NCBI GenBank assembly: GCA_964016885.1
Contig: OZ024743.1
Coordinates: 326,430,001 to 326,494,000 of the forward strand
Reading direction: 5' to 3'
Length of the DNA: 64,000 nt
Origin: Eledone cirrhosa
Lineage: Eukaryota
Below, piece after piece: positions 16,564 to 31,305 of the stretch. Numbering within the stretch: the first letter of the stretch is position 1; every line of letters begins with the position of its first letter. Below the pieces are notes generated by a model that worked only from the letters and a program-made list of their open reading frames with translations, was not told where the DNA came from and made no database searches. The position numbers and the translations under genes were made by a program.

Positions 16564-17488
16564 TCAGGTCACCAGTTGGTGCTACTGGTAACATGTATCC
16601 CAGTACAACCTGTCTCATGGTCGGCTCGTTGGCGACTAAACTGGCAACCCCCCACCAAGGATTCTTGGTGAGGATGGTGACTTTGGACATCCTGCAGGAT
16701 TAAAAACAAAACCTGTCAAAGGGCAAAGGAGCTCTTAACAGTCAATGGCCATCCAAAATCACCGGGAGAGATGACCCCTTAGCCTTTGTCAAGGCAGAAT
16801 TCTAGGAGAAGGAAGACTCTGATATAACACCTGCAACCCTGATGGTATCCAATGATGTTGACTTGTTCTTCTCTTTGGTAAATATCATCTTGGTTAAGAG
16901 AGTGGGACTGGCTTTGTGCAGTGCCTTTGCTCACTATAAAAGCTTCACGGCACAGGCATTGCTTTATATCTGGAGGTCTCTCTGCACTTGTCGTCACATG
17001 GTACCATGGGCCCAGCACTATGTGTCAATAATTGTCATAAGTGTAGTGTTTGTACCAGAGTTTTCAAGTCGCTGGCTGGACTAAAAAGTCACACTCGTTC
17101 AGCGCATCGGTAGGAGTTCTCCTACATGGATATAAAGTAGTGGCCGTACTCGAAAACGAGTTGGCAGCCACCATGTATGTATGTGACAACAACTGGGGAC
17201 CTTTCACTTCCACGTGAAAAAAAAAGAGAGGGAAACTCTGAAAGAAAAACCTGCGGCTTCGGAATCATCCGATGTTGTTGACCAGTTCCCCCTTTGGAGT
17301 AGTTTTCGATGCTCAGAGTAGGATTGGTCGAGTGCAAGGCCTTTCACCACTTTAAAAACCTTCAAAGCACAGGCATTGCTGATTCAGGATCTGTTACGGG
17401 TTCGTGTGGCTGACTGTAGCCTAAAAGTACAACGAACTCTGTAATTTGACAAGCGATTGCAATACTCTTAGCAGAGTTTGCAGCCATT
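16564..17488. repeat. Unclassified non-coding repeat between (TATG)n arrays, possibly an RTE-type 5' UTR derivative
   Basis: More GC-rich block; tctaggagaaggaagactctgat resembles minus-strand tctaagagaaggattactctaat at about 8725-8750. Confidence 0.35.
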
Positions 17489-17513
17489 ATGTATGTATGT
17501 ATTATGTATGTAT

Positions 17514-17620
17514 CCCGCCGAGGTTAACTTTGCCTTTCATCCTTACGGGGTCGATAAAATAAAGTACCAGTAATGTACTGAGTAATTTGCTGGCCTTGTG
17601 CCAAAAGTGGAAACAATTAT
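17514..17620 (+). mobile_element. 5'-truncated SINE, family A
   Basis: cccgccgaggttaactttgcctttcatccttacggggtcgataaaataaagtaccag. Confidence 0.8.
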
Positions 17621-18450
17621 GTATGTATGTATGTGTGTGTGTGTATGTGTTTGTGAGTGTATGTGTATGTGCATGCATACATCCGCGTGTTTGTATGTAT
17701 TATATGAGTATGATGTATAATTACGTGTGTTTTTGTACGTGTGAGTTTATGTATGCACGAGTGTGTTTGAGTATGTGTGTTTGTTTATGTGTGTGCTTGT
17801 GCATGCGTGTATGTGTCTGTACATTCGTGTTTATGTGTGTATGTGCATGCATGTTTGTGTGTGTATCTGTGTGTGGGTGTGTATGTGTGTGTGTGTATGC
17901 ATGTTTTTGTGTGTGTATGTGTATGCGTGTTTGTGTGTGTATGCTTGTGTGTCTGTGCTTGCGTATTTGTGTGTGTGTGTGTGTGTGTGTATGTGTGCAT
18001 CTGTGCGTACGTGTTCATGTGTTCGTGTGTGGCTGTGAATACATGTTTGTTGTGTGTATGCGTGTATGTGTCTGTGCATGCATGTGTGTGCGTGTGTGTG
18101 TGTATGTGTGCTTATTAGTGTGTGTCTGTGCATGCATGTGTGTATGTGTGTGTATTAGTGTGTGTCTCTGCATGCATGTGTGTGTGTGTTAGTGTGTGTC
18201 TGTGCAAGCATGTTTGGGTGTGTATGCGTGTGTGTCTGTGTTTTCATGTGAGTGTATGCGTGTGTGTCTGTGTATTCAAGTGTGTTCGTGTGTGTCTGTG
18301 TATGCATGTGTGTGTGTGTGTGTGTGTGTCTGTGTATTCAAGTGTATGCGTGTGTGTCTGTGTTTTCATGTGAGTGTATGCGTGTGTGTCTGTGTATTCA
18401 AGTGTGTTCGTGTGTGTCTGTGTATGCATGTGTGTGTGTGTGTGTGTGTA
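17620..18450. repeat. Complex degenerate (TG)n array with higher-order duplications
   Basis: Direct reading; a block of about 120 bp is repeated in 18220-18450. Confidence 0.9.
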
Positions 18451-18853
18451 AACATTAATTAATAAGGTTTACTTTGTATTCCTTTCACTGAATCCGTTAT
18501 AAAAGGCTGATCGTGAAGTGGGTCACTCCTTATGTAAACAGGTCTTCCCAGATAAAAGTAAAATTAGAATATATAACCTTGTCATATACACAAGCGCTCA
18601 AAACTTGTGTATACGTATAAATATATATGTATATTCATGTATATATATGTGTGTGTGTGTGTGTATGTGCGTGCGTGCGTGCGTGTGTGTGCGTGCGTGC
18701 GTGTGTTTGTGTGTGTGCGTGCGCGCGCGCGCGTGTGTGTGTGTGGTGAATGTATGTGTGTATACATACATACATAGTATGTAGGTTCCTGAATTGTGTC
18801 GGAGAATAACCACTATTAAAAAGGTACACAATACCTTGGTAAAGTATAGGCAT

Positions 18854-18921
<68 letters not shown>

Positions 18922-18937
18922 ATGCCTATACTTTACC

Positions 18938-19003
<66 letters not shown>

Positions 19004-20019
19004 TATAAATGACTTCTACGGGACTCGAACTGTTTCATTCGTATGAAATCATCAAAAATGTCCTGAAGATTTCATACGAATGAAACAGTTCTATCAGACC
19101 TACAAACCTTTAAAAACCCAAACGAGTACCTTGAAAAAAAGTGCCCCCAAACGGGAGGAAATGAGGCAAAATGGGGAGATTTTACATAATGAAAGCTACA
19201 CCCATTTTCACACGAGAAGACATGTTTCACTCGCCTTAAAGTGGGTGAGAGATCTCCCCGTCCGACGGGGAGAGTTGACAGGTCTGGTTCTAGTGGTTAT
19301 AACCATCACATCTTATTTTCAGACAATGAATCCATTGCTACTTCCTTTAATATTTCCTTCTTGATATTTTTTTAAGATGGTAAGATTTAGTTTAAGGCGA
19401 GAAATTGTTAGAACGTCCGATACAATTGTTTGTGATATTCGTTCTGGCTCTCTGTTCTCTCAGTTCAAATTCCGCCGACGTCAACTTTGTTTTTCATCCT
19501 TCAATGTCGATAAAAAAAATACCAGTCCAGTACAGGGTTGATACTTCGTCTATACCCCTTTCTTACTCCCCCCCCCCTCTCCACTCTCTCTCTCTTTTCA
19601 ACAGAAATATACCACAATGAAAGTACTTTTTAAAAAAAGATTTAAGTTCTAAACAGGAAGAGAGAAAATAGGGAGGGGTTTGAGAAAATATTAAATAATG
19701 ATAAAGGCGAAAGCCAGAGTGAAGAGGGCGAACTCTACATCTTTGGATGGGCAGTATAGCTCAGTTGCATTATGAAAACAAGCCAGCGAAAGCATTTCCG
19801 CGTAGAACAGCCAGCGACACCCGCTGCGTCAGCTATTCCACCCCACTTAACTCCTTCCTCAATCAGGATACAGTTGTCTTGATTTTGCGGAGGATGGTGG
19901 CAGACCGAAGACACAAGAGATCCCGACGGCAATCAACACTAAAAGGAAGCGGTCCGTCAAGTCCAGGTATTTGGATATCATCTGCTCTACTGGTGTGTGA
20001 AATTCTAGTCCAAGCGAAA

Positions 20020-20340
20020 TACGACGGGGTGCTGAACAGTTCCTGGCTTTAAGGGTATCGCGAAAGGGTAGAGCTATTACCTTTATAGGTGAGGTAGAAC
20101 AGCTGCAATAAGTGTGTGACTCTGAGAGGCGAATATGTTGAATAAATTCATAATTAACTGATCCTCCAGTATTTTCTTTTAATTGATCCTCCAGTATTTT
20201 CTTTTAACTGATCCTCCAGTATTTTCTATTAATTGATCCTCCAGTATTTTCTTTTAACTGATCCACCAGTATTTTCTATTAACTGATCCTGCTGTATTTT
20301 CTTTTACCCAAAGCTAGGACCTTTTCAGCACCCCCTCGTA
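20020..20340. mobile_element. Mariner/Tc1-derived MITE with internal tandem repeats of about 25 bp
   Basis: TIRs ta-cgacggggtgctgaacagttcctggcttt / aaagctaggaccttttcagcaccccctcg-ta, TA flanks, six copies of aactgatcctccagtattttctttt at 20155-20305. Confidence 0.85.
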
Positions 20341-20671
20341 TATTCCGTTTTGTTAAGAATGTTGTTTGGACGAAACAAAATTTTGTCATTAAAACTACGA
20401 CACACCAAATTCATTACCTCAGTGCACATCTTCGGCCATAATATATATCATATTTATCATACAACGATTAAGAGAATAAAGCTTTCATTTATAAACCGGT
20501 CAGGCGTATGGTTTTCATTAGGATTTTTATTCATTTTTAAATTCTCAATAAACAGTTTCTCTGATTTAATTCTCCGCTTAATTGTTTTGTCGTTTTTTTT
20601 TAAATTATTTTTTCACTAGAATAATTTTTTATAAAAGAAATACAAAAACTAAAATCTTGATCTTATCTAAT

Positions 20672-20868
20672 AATGGTTTCTGATTTAGACACAAGGTCAA
20701 CAATTTTCGGGATGGGGTGGAGTGGGGGGAATGTCAATTAAATCGACCCCAGTACGTTACCTCGTAAACTAACCTCGGCGAGAATTGAATTCAAGATGTA
20801 AAGGGCCGTAACAATATGCCGCAAAGCATAATGTCCGACGCTCTAACGATACAGCCAATCCACCGCCC
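20672..20868 (-). mobile_element. tRNA-derived SINE, family A
   Basis: Ends gccaatccaccgccct like the other reverse copies. Confidence 0.75.
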
Positions 20869-21090
20869 TTCACACAAAAAAACTAATTTCTTGGAATTAC
20901 GATTTACACCAAACAGTGTTGCAGTTTTTTGTTGATATTTTCATTGATTTCAATAATTTTAATCTTTTACTTATTTTAGTCAAAAGTAGAGTTGAGATGG
21001 AAGCTTTGTGGTTTTTCTCGCATCTTTTTTCCTTATACTTTCTCTCGTGTAGGACACCTCGTTTTTTATTCATTCTGGAAAAAAACCCTC

Positions 21091-21124
<34 letters not shown>

Positions 21125-21144
21125 TTATTAAAATAACAGATTAA

Positions 21145-21195
21145 AGTTTAAGCAAAGAATCGCTGCTTTCACCCTTAACGGGATCTTCTGAAACT
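21145..21195 (-). ncRNA. Hammerhead-like motif with variant core CAGAAGA
   Basis: Minus strand: AGTTT-CAGAAGA-tCCCgttaaGGGt-GAAA-GCAgcgattcttTGC-TT-AAACT; second copy at 38950-38999. Confidence 0.6.
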
Positions 21196-21210
21196 AACAT
21201 ATATACATAT

Positions 21211-21241
<31 letters not shown>

Positions 21242-21433
21242 TACATTCTGCATGAACCCAGCCACCTAGCTGCTTTCTACTGCATATTGCACATTGACCA
21301 CATGCCTTTACGCTTTGGCTTCTAACTAACTCACCAATCTCTTCTCTCATATTTCCACTAATATCTCCATCTCTCTCTTTAACATTGGTTACTCTTGAAC
21401 AGTGTATATACATATATATACATATATGCATAT

Positions 21434-21539
<106 letters not shown>

Positions 21540-21894
21540 ATATATATGTATATATATATTCACCAAGCTTAATCTTACAGATATCATGTACTTGTCTCTT
21601 CCTATATTTCCGTTGCAATATCATCGTTGTTTGTTTACATGTCTCGCTCGTTTCACTCTATTTTACTTGTCCCAATAACTTTAGGTATATGATTTTTAAA
21701 GCGATGAAATACCAATGAAAGTTGGAAGATCACTGATGAAGGACTAATTTTATTCATATGTAACCCATATGCAACCACGCAGCACTCCATTTTTCTTATA
21801 TATAAGGATCGATCGAATTTCGTCAAATCGGACCGAGGAAACAATGTTTCCGTCGGTCTTTCCAGATGCTAGTACTATCTATCGGTCGCAACTC

Positions 21895-22022
21895 TAGGTA
21901 GAAGGCACAACGTGAAATAAAGTGTCTTGCCCAAGGACATAACGCATCGCCCGGTCCACGAATCGAACTCACAACCTCAAGATTGTGAATCCAATTCTCT
22001 AACCACTCAGCCACACGCCTTC
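21895..22022 (-). mobile_element. tRNA-derived SINE, family B
   Basis: Minus strand ggcgtgtggctgagtggttaga...gagttcgattc head (boxes A and B). Confidence 0.75.
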
Positions 22023-22027
22023 ACTTT

Positions 22028-22088
<61 letters not shown>

Positions 22089-22139
22089 TTGTTAAACAAT
22101 ATTCAATGATTATGTCAATGATTATGTCAATGATTATGT

Positions 22140-24432
<2,293 letters not shown>

Positions 24433-24959
24433 GTCTATAAATTGCTAAATACTGGAGAAAGTATAACTCAATTTACAATACATCTAAATTCAATCATTTC
24501 ATCGGGGACAAATAAGAAATATAAAATATATGCGCAACGGTAAACTTGAAAATTCAAATTACTACATCAATAATATTATTAATGATAAATAAATAAATAA
24601 ATAAATAAACAAATAAAGGAAGGGGAACAGATGGAAATGAGAAAGAAAGAAAGAAAATGACGAAAGAAGGAACGAAGATATAATTAAAAATATAACCGGA
24701 AAAATTTACGAAATCAAACTATCACATCAAAATAAATAAATATAATATTAATAATAATAATAAAGATATATATAGAAGAGAGAGGGGAGATATAGCATAG
24801 GCAGAGAGGAAGGATAAGTAAGGAAGATGAGAAGGAAATAGAGGAAAATTAAGAGAGATGAGGAAGCGGAGGGGGATAGAAATTAATCATGAATATGGGA
24901 ATATGAAGAAGAGAGAAAATAAAATAAATAGACGGACGAATAAACATTATTACGTAAAA

Positions 24960-25150
24960 GGGCGGTGGATTGGCAGTATTGATAGAGGGTCGGACGCCAT
25001 GCTTTGACGTATAGAGTTACGGCCCTTACCATTATGAGTTCAAATCCCGCCAAGGTTAACTTTGCCTTTTATCCTTACGGGGTCGATAAAATAAAGTACC
25101 AGTAATGCACTGGGTAATTGCTGGCCTTTTTCCTAACGTAGAAACAATTA
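24960..25150 (+). mobile_element. Full-length family A SINE inserted in the Penelope 3' region
   Basis: 14-bp TSD attattacgtaaaa at 24946-24959 and 25147-25160. Confidence 0.9.
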
Positions 25151-26632
25151 TTACGTAAAATAGCTAGTTTGAGATGTATTATACTATAGGGTAAAATAAT
25201 CGAGATGAAATATGCTTAAGTGGAGAAATACAAAGACAAATGGTGGGAGGTGTATAAATATAAGATAATAAATGATGTAAATACAGATAAAAATAAAAAT
25301 AATGATGTTAATACAAATGTTTTTAGGTTATTCTTACGTAGATATGAAGTTTGTAATAATTTGATATCGTAATAGGTGCTAAAAGTATAAAAAGGAATAA
25401 GGAATAGAAAATGGAGTTAAGCTGGTCTAAAGTTCAGGAATTTAGTTGCTGATTTATGCCGGCAAAAGATTGTTCGCTCAATTTTGCTGTTAAGAAGGGT
25501 TTTACTAAAATTAAGAATTTGGAAGAGCTCCATATTACAGAGCCTACAATGGGACATACCAGTTTGATAGGCCTTAGCGGTTGACAATATTTTCCATCTG
25601 ATCTCATTTTTAGTGCTTGCATTCTTGAGTTGCCATATTTTACTGGCAAGAGTTGTTGTATTTGATAGATTATTATTAATCATAGAATGTCTGTGCACAT
25701 ACCACCGTTTTTTGAAAACACCAGCTGTGGAACCAATGTAATACCATGCCAAGCTACCTGAGTTGATAGTACACAGGTATACTACGTTTTTTTCAAGGCA
25801 TCTGTTTAGTAGAGGGCAATTGTCAGGTAAGTGGCAATTGCATAGAAATGTTTTCCTATGCGCCGGTTCTACTATATGATTTTGAAGATTGTTATGTATG
25901 GGTTGCGAATTAGGTTTGTTGGTGTATTGCGGTGGTGTTCTTTGTCGTGTATTTGGTTGTGATGATGTAATATGTGTGTGTTCTGTATTTGGTGATATGG
26001 AACTTAAGGGGGCAGCTTTGATTATGAATTCTTATGTAGTTAATTTTGTGAATGTGCGATTCTATGTTGTTAGCAGTGGAGTATGATAGTTTGATAGTTT
26101 TTCTATTAAATATTTTATGATATTTATGTGTTTTAGGGAAGTGTTTGTCAACTAATTTAAAGAAAGTGAGAGGAAGCTTAGTTTTAATAGAGGAGTTAAA
26201 CATTGGATTAAACCATAAGTAGTTTCTATTTCTGTATCTTCTATGCCCGCTAGTGGTATTAGTATTAGCATTTCGTATATTTAAATTAGGTATATGCTGC
26301 CTATTTATGCGTCTAGACCTAGGTTTGTTGATTCTATGGTTGTGGGAAGTATCGTTAAGATTAAGTGTGTTGTTATTTTTTGTATCAGGTATGTATTTGA
26401 GTCGTTCTTTATGGCCTGCCTTAAGTAAAGTTAAGTTGTAGTAGCTAGCGTGTTCATTAAAAATTTCATGGTTCATTAAAAATTTCATGGTTAGAGGATA
26501 GATGTCAGATTCCATCTGTTCCCCTTCCTTTATTTGTTTATTTATTTATTTATTTATCATTAATAATATTATTGATGTAGTAATTTGAATTTTCAAGTTT
26601 ACCGTTACTCATATATTTTATATTTCTTATTT

Positions 26633-26739
26633 GTCTCCGATGAAATGATTGCATTTAGATGTATTGTAAATTGAGTTATACTTTCTCCCCAGTATTTAGC
26701 AATTTATAGACATTTCTATCATTGAAACAATTGTAAGAC
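26633..26739 (+). ncRNA. Type I hammerhead in the inverted pLTR, core CCGATGA
   Basis: GTCT-CCGATGA-AATGAT...ATCATT-GAAA-CAATTG-TA-AGAC. Confidence 0.75.
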
Positions 26740-26968
26740 TGAAAATAAATATCCTTATTTTGTACTGTCAACTATCTTATTCTTCACTCTTTTATTACTC
26801 CAAGATATATTTACATAGAAACACAAGCGAAATCATAAAATCGTCACCGAAGTAAACCTCTTGTTCAGTCACGCTGTACTGTACGCTTAAACTGTCCATG
26901 ATAAATAGTTTTCACAGACTTTTATCGGATTACCTTTAACGATTTATTGTTATCACCCACCCACCCCG

Positions 26969-27075
<107 letters not shown>

Positions 27076-27249
27076 AGAATATTTTCGAAACAGCATTGGA
27101 AACAGTATGGAAAAAGATGAGTATTGACGTACATGTACGTCAATACTCATCTTTTTCCATTTCTCCGAGGGTTCTTAACCCCACTATCAGGCTAAATAAT
27201 TTCTTTAATTTCTTTAGTCAAAATACGGCGATAGCTTACATTTCTAATA

Positions 27250-27384
<135 letters not shown>

Positions 27385-27435
27385 TGTGTGTGTGTGCGTG
27401 CGTGTGTGTGTGTATGTGTATATATATATATATAT

Positions 27436-30252
27436 ATGAGGATTGCAGCGTCTTCATAGACGATTGCCGTCTCTTATTGATTCTTCGTTGTCATTCTATC
27501 TGTGTCCATGACTTATGTGATGACTTTGTAGGCCAGTTATAGATCTGCATGGTTTACGACACAGGTGACAGAAGAGACTTGTGCTTTCCATAAGACCGCT
27601 GGGGTTCACCCTGTGGGACACTTTATGAATTACCATGTGTTTTTTCAGTCCGGAACTAGTTCTACACACTTTGTTGCATATCACACACGTTGTTTCACCA
27701 GGTCTTTGTTGAGTGGTGTTGCGGATGGTTATCCTTTCATGTGACTTCAGGTGATTAACATAACCAGCCTTTGAGAGGAGTACACGCCAACAGAAATTGC
27801 ATGTCCAACTACTGATGACCTCATCAAGACTGAACACAGAGCTTCCGGAGCTGACGCGTCAGGTGTTTATATTCCAGAGGACATTCCTCAAAGTTTTGCA
27901 ACTGCCCTTTATGCGCTTTCTCCACTCAGCCCTATTTAGAGCTATTTCCTCCCAGTTGTCTATATAAAATGCCCCAGCTCTTTGAGGTTGTTCTTGATGC
28001 TGTCCCTGAACCTCATTTTCGGTTTGTGTTAAGGCCTTTTTCCAAAATGAAGCTCACCGTAAAACAGTTGCTTCGATATGTCCAGTCCATCGCATTTGAG
28101 ATGTTACTTGGGACTCAATACTTGGACATTCTGCTTTGATAAGGACATGGATGTCAGGAGTTCTGTCTTGCCACTTGATGTTGAATATGCGCTTTAAACA
28201 TTTCTGCTGAAAACGCTCAAGCAATTTGGTGTGTTTGCGGAATAGCGTCCAGGTTTCGACGGAATATAAAGGAGTAGACAGAACACATGATCTATACACA
28301 CACCTTGGTATTGTTGAAAATGTTGTGATTTGCCCAAACTCTCTTTTCCAATTTTCCGAAGGCAACAGATGCTTTCTGGATGCGCAGATCTATTTCAGCA
28401 TCCAAGGAGCCATCATTTGAGAGTGCGCTACCCAAGTAGACAAATTTATCTACTATTCCCAATCTGGTTCCATCAACCATGATATTGGGTTCAGTATATG
28501 GTTCTCCAGGAGCAGCGATAAACATTACTTTGTTTTTTTTTTAAGGCTGATTGTGAGCCCAAATGCTGTACGCGATGATGAGAAACGGTCCATAATGTTG
28601 CATGTCAGCTTCTATGTGTGCTAGGAAGTCAGCGTCATCGGCGTAAAGAAGGTCTCTGATCAAAGCTTGAAATGTTTTTGTCTTGGCATTAAACCTTCTT
28701 AAGTTGTAAACCTTTCCAGTGGTTCTGAACCGTAAGAGAATACCTCTGTCATAATCATGGAAAGCATGTGTGAGCAAGGCAGCAAAGTGATGGAGAAAAG
28801 CCCCGTTGTCAACTGGGATTTTCCCAGATAGTTGGCCATTGAAAGTAACTTGAGCTTTCATATTTCTGAGCAGCTGATTTAGTATACACACAAACTTGAG
28901 TGGACATCCTACTTTTCCAAGTGTTATCCAGAGTGCATCTCTGTTAACTGTGTCAAAGCCTTCGTTAGGTCGACAAAGACTTGTTATAGAGGAACACACT
29001 GCTCAATGAATTTTTCTTGTATTTGTCTTACAGAGAAAATCATGTCAACTGTTCCCCTTCCTCTTCTAAAACCACTCTGTGATTCTCGGATAGCTGTAGG
29101 ACAGATATCCTCCTCCAGTCTGTTGAGAAAATGTCTTGCGAGAACCTTGCCAACAGCTTCCAACAAAGTGATGCCGCGGTAGTTTCCACATATCGATTTT
29201 TCACCTTTGCCTTTGTATATGATAACAGAATACCGTTGATCCAGTCCTGCGGAACCGAGGTCCCATTCCAGCAATCAGTGATCAAGTTGTTTATTGTTTC
29301 CGTTACATTATCACTACCGACTTTCAGCAGTTTGACTGGGATACCATCTGGACCTGGTGCCTTGCCAGAGTTAACCTGCTTGACTGCCAGCTTTATTTCA
29401 TCAGCAGAAGGAAGTCGATCCATACGGTGCACTGTTTCGTATTGAGGAATGTCCTCTATCACTCCAAAATTGACTGCAGGTCAGTAACATGTCCCCCCCC
29501 CCCCACCCACCCACCCACCCAACGCTGAAGGATTTTTGATGGCTCTTTGATGATGATAATGGCATCGTCTATAGATCTCAGAGGAGTTACTGAGGATGTT
29601 GGTGGGCCGAAGACTTGGCGTATCAATGAGTAAAATGACTTCCAATCTTTGGTGTTAAAAGCCTGTTGGATTTTCGAAGAAATATTACTTCACCACTCAT
29701 TTGCAGTTCGCGTTGCAGTGTTGCCTTGTGATCTTTGTAGGCTTTCCTGAAAGCTGGTTGTGCCACGGGATTCTGATTCAGGAGCTTTTCATAGAGTGTG
29801 CTTGGTTTTCATTAGCTGGTTGATATTAGGAGTGTTGTCATCGAACCAGGCCTGGTGTTTCTTTGTTCTGAAGCCAAGTACCTCAGCTCCCACTGAGTAA
29901 ATTGATCTCTAAAGTTTGCCATCAAAATCAAGACCATCAAGTCTTTCAGATATGGTTGCACTCACATCTGCTTGCCTCAGTTTGATGACATCAATGCGTT
30001 TCGGTGCTTTCACTCCATTCATACAAATTCTTTTGCAGATACTCATCTTGAACTTTCCTCGCACTAATTTGTGGTCAGTGCACTGTACACACATCACTTA
30101 GATCTCGTTTACGAGTGATGGTGAAATCAATGATATGTCCATGCTTGGATCTTGGATGATACCAGTTAGCTTTATATTTGAGCTTCTGATGAGTGTTGTA
30201 GATGGTTAAGTTGAGTTCAGAGCAGAGTTCAAGCAACCTCAAGCCGAGAGAC
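27436..30252 (-). mobile_element. RTE-clade LINE, 5'-truncated and degenerate, with three C-terminal C2H2 zinc fingers
   Basis: HPRSKHGHIIDF (APE end), KAPGPDGIP, NYRGITLL, QSGFRRGRGTVDMIF, FDTVNR, LLYADD, FVYLGS, RWTGH; ORF 27496-27837 has three C-x2-C-x12-H-x3-H motifs. Confidence 0.92.
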
Positions 30253-31009
30253 TGTGTGTGAAAATCCGATACTCCAAGTTTGTTGCCAACCGTTGTTGCT
30301 GGCTTACATGTTCCTTACTCGAGACACCGTTCGTGAACTGAGAAATGAGGTCCCACTGTATATTCAAAATGAATTCAATATATATAGAGAGAGATATAGA
30401 TATATCCCCAGGGAGTGTAACGTGAAGTTACTGTAGGTTTACCCAGGTGAGCACTCGATGTTTAGGTTCACGTCAGTAGTGGAGTGTAGAGCTAGGCAGA
30501 GTGTAATATAATAATACAAGGACGAATGGTTACTACTTCATTGCGTTTATTGATTTGGTGACGCACGTTTCGATATTGATCAGCTCAAGGCTCGATCTGT
30601 ATCGATGTGGCCGGACTCTGGAATCAACAGAGGCTGTAGTATACATGGCATATAAACAAGTCTAACTAATTATGAGGAATGTTTTGGCCTGTATGATAGG
30701 GGGGAGCGTAGCAGTGGGGAGCAAAGGTTGGTGTGAGTTGAGAGGTGTTTTGGCTTGCTCTAGACATGTCGGCGTGTACGTAATGAGGCTGGGGTGCTGT
30801 GTGTGGTGCGGTTGTGGTAGGGCTGATGAAAGAGATGAAAGAATGCGGTGTTTTACAAGTGGTAGGGTGTAGGATGTCCTGTTTAGACATCGTTAAAGGG
30901 GACATGAGCTATATGGAATCAATGAGGTGATGGGAATGGTATGAGGTTAGTGTATGAAAAAATATATAAAATATACATAGAAATATATACATAGAAATAT
31001 ATATATACA

Positions 31010-31050
31010 CTAGCCGAATTACCCGCACCTTGCTGCGTTGCACACATTTT
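31010..31050 (-). mobile_element. Helitron-type 3' terminus (fragment)
   Basis: Minus strand cgcagcaaggtgcg hairpin followed by ggtaattcggCTAG. Confidence 0.5.
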
Positions 31051-31305
31051 TTTTGTAAGAAAATGATGATTGATTTTAAATCAGTGATATAATTTATGGA
31101 GAAAAACTCTGCATTTCAATATTACTCAATGTAAAATGTAAAACATGAAAAATTGGAAAACATTATTTTTTTGTAATATATCAAATTAAAATTACATTAT
31201 TAAATCTTATTCTTATTTTGTTTCTTGTAAATAATTTTTTTCCAAATATCAATTCAAAACTTTTGTGAATAGACATCATATCTTGTCATTTACCTATGGT
31301 TTAAA

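Larger units (their letters stand above)
24434..26920 (-). mobile_element. Penelope-like element (Naiad-like), 5'-truncated, with an inverted pLTR copy at its 5' junction
   Basis: LWFNPMF, FPKTHKYHKIFNRKTIKLSYST, CNC..CPL..C, WYYIGST..FKKRW, CRLC, FCRHK; 24434-24636 is the reverse complement of about 26510-26711. Confidence 0.9.

Noticed and set aside
19700-20019. Possible host exon in a more GC-rich patch
   Set aside because: No supported splice or domain evidence; the minus frame LPFSVDCRR weakly resembles L1 ORF1 (LPISVEGRR), so a decayed LINE piece is more likely
20155-20305. Regular repeats of about 25 bp resembling a CRISPR array
   Set aside because: Head-to-tail with no spacers, inside a mariner MITE in animal DNA
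24960-25050. tRNA genes at SINE heads
   Set aside because: Box A/B-like motifs only, no full cloverleaf, and continuous with SINE bodies
27496-27837. Stand-alone host C2H2 zinc-finger gene
   Set aside because: Collinear with the RTE RT, inside its 3' end, and without TGEKP linkers
30555-30630. Minus-strand hammerhead (hairpin-GAAA-CGTGCG-TC)
   Set aside because: No properly placed CTGANGA or matching stem I; at most a remnant
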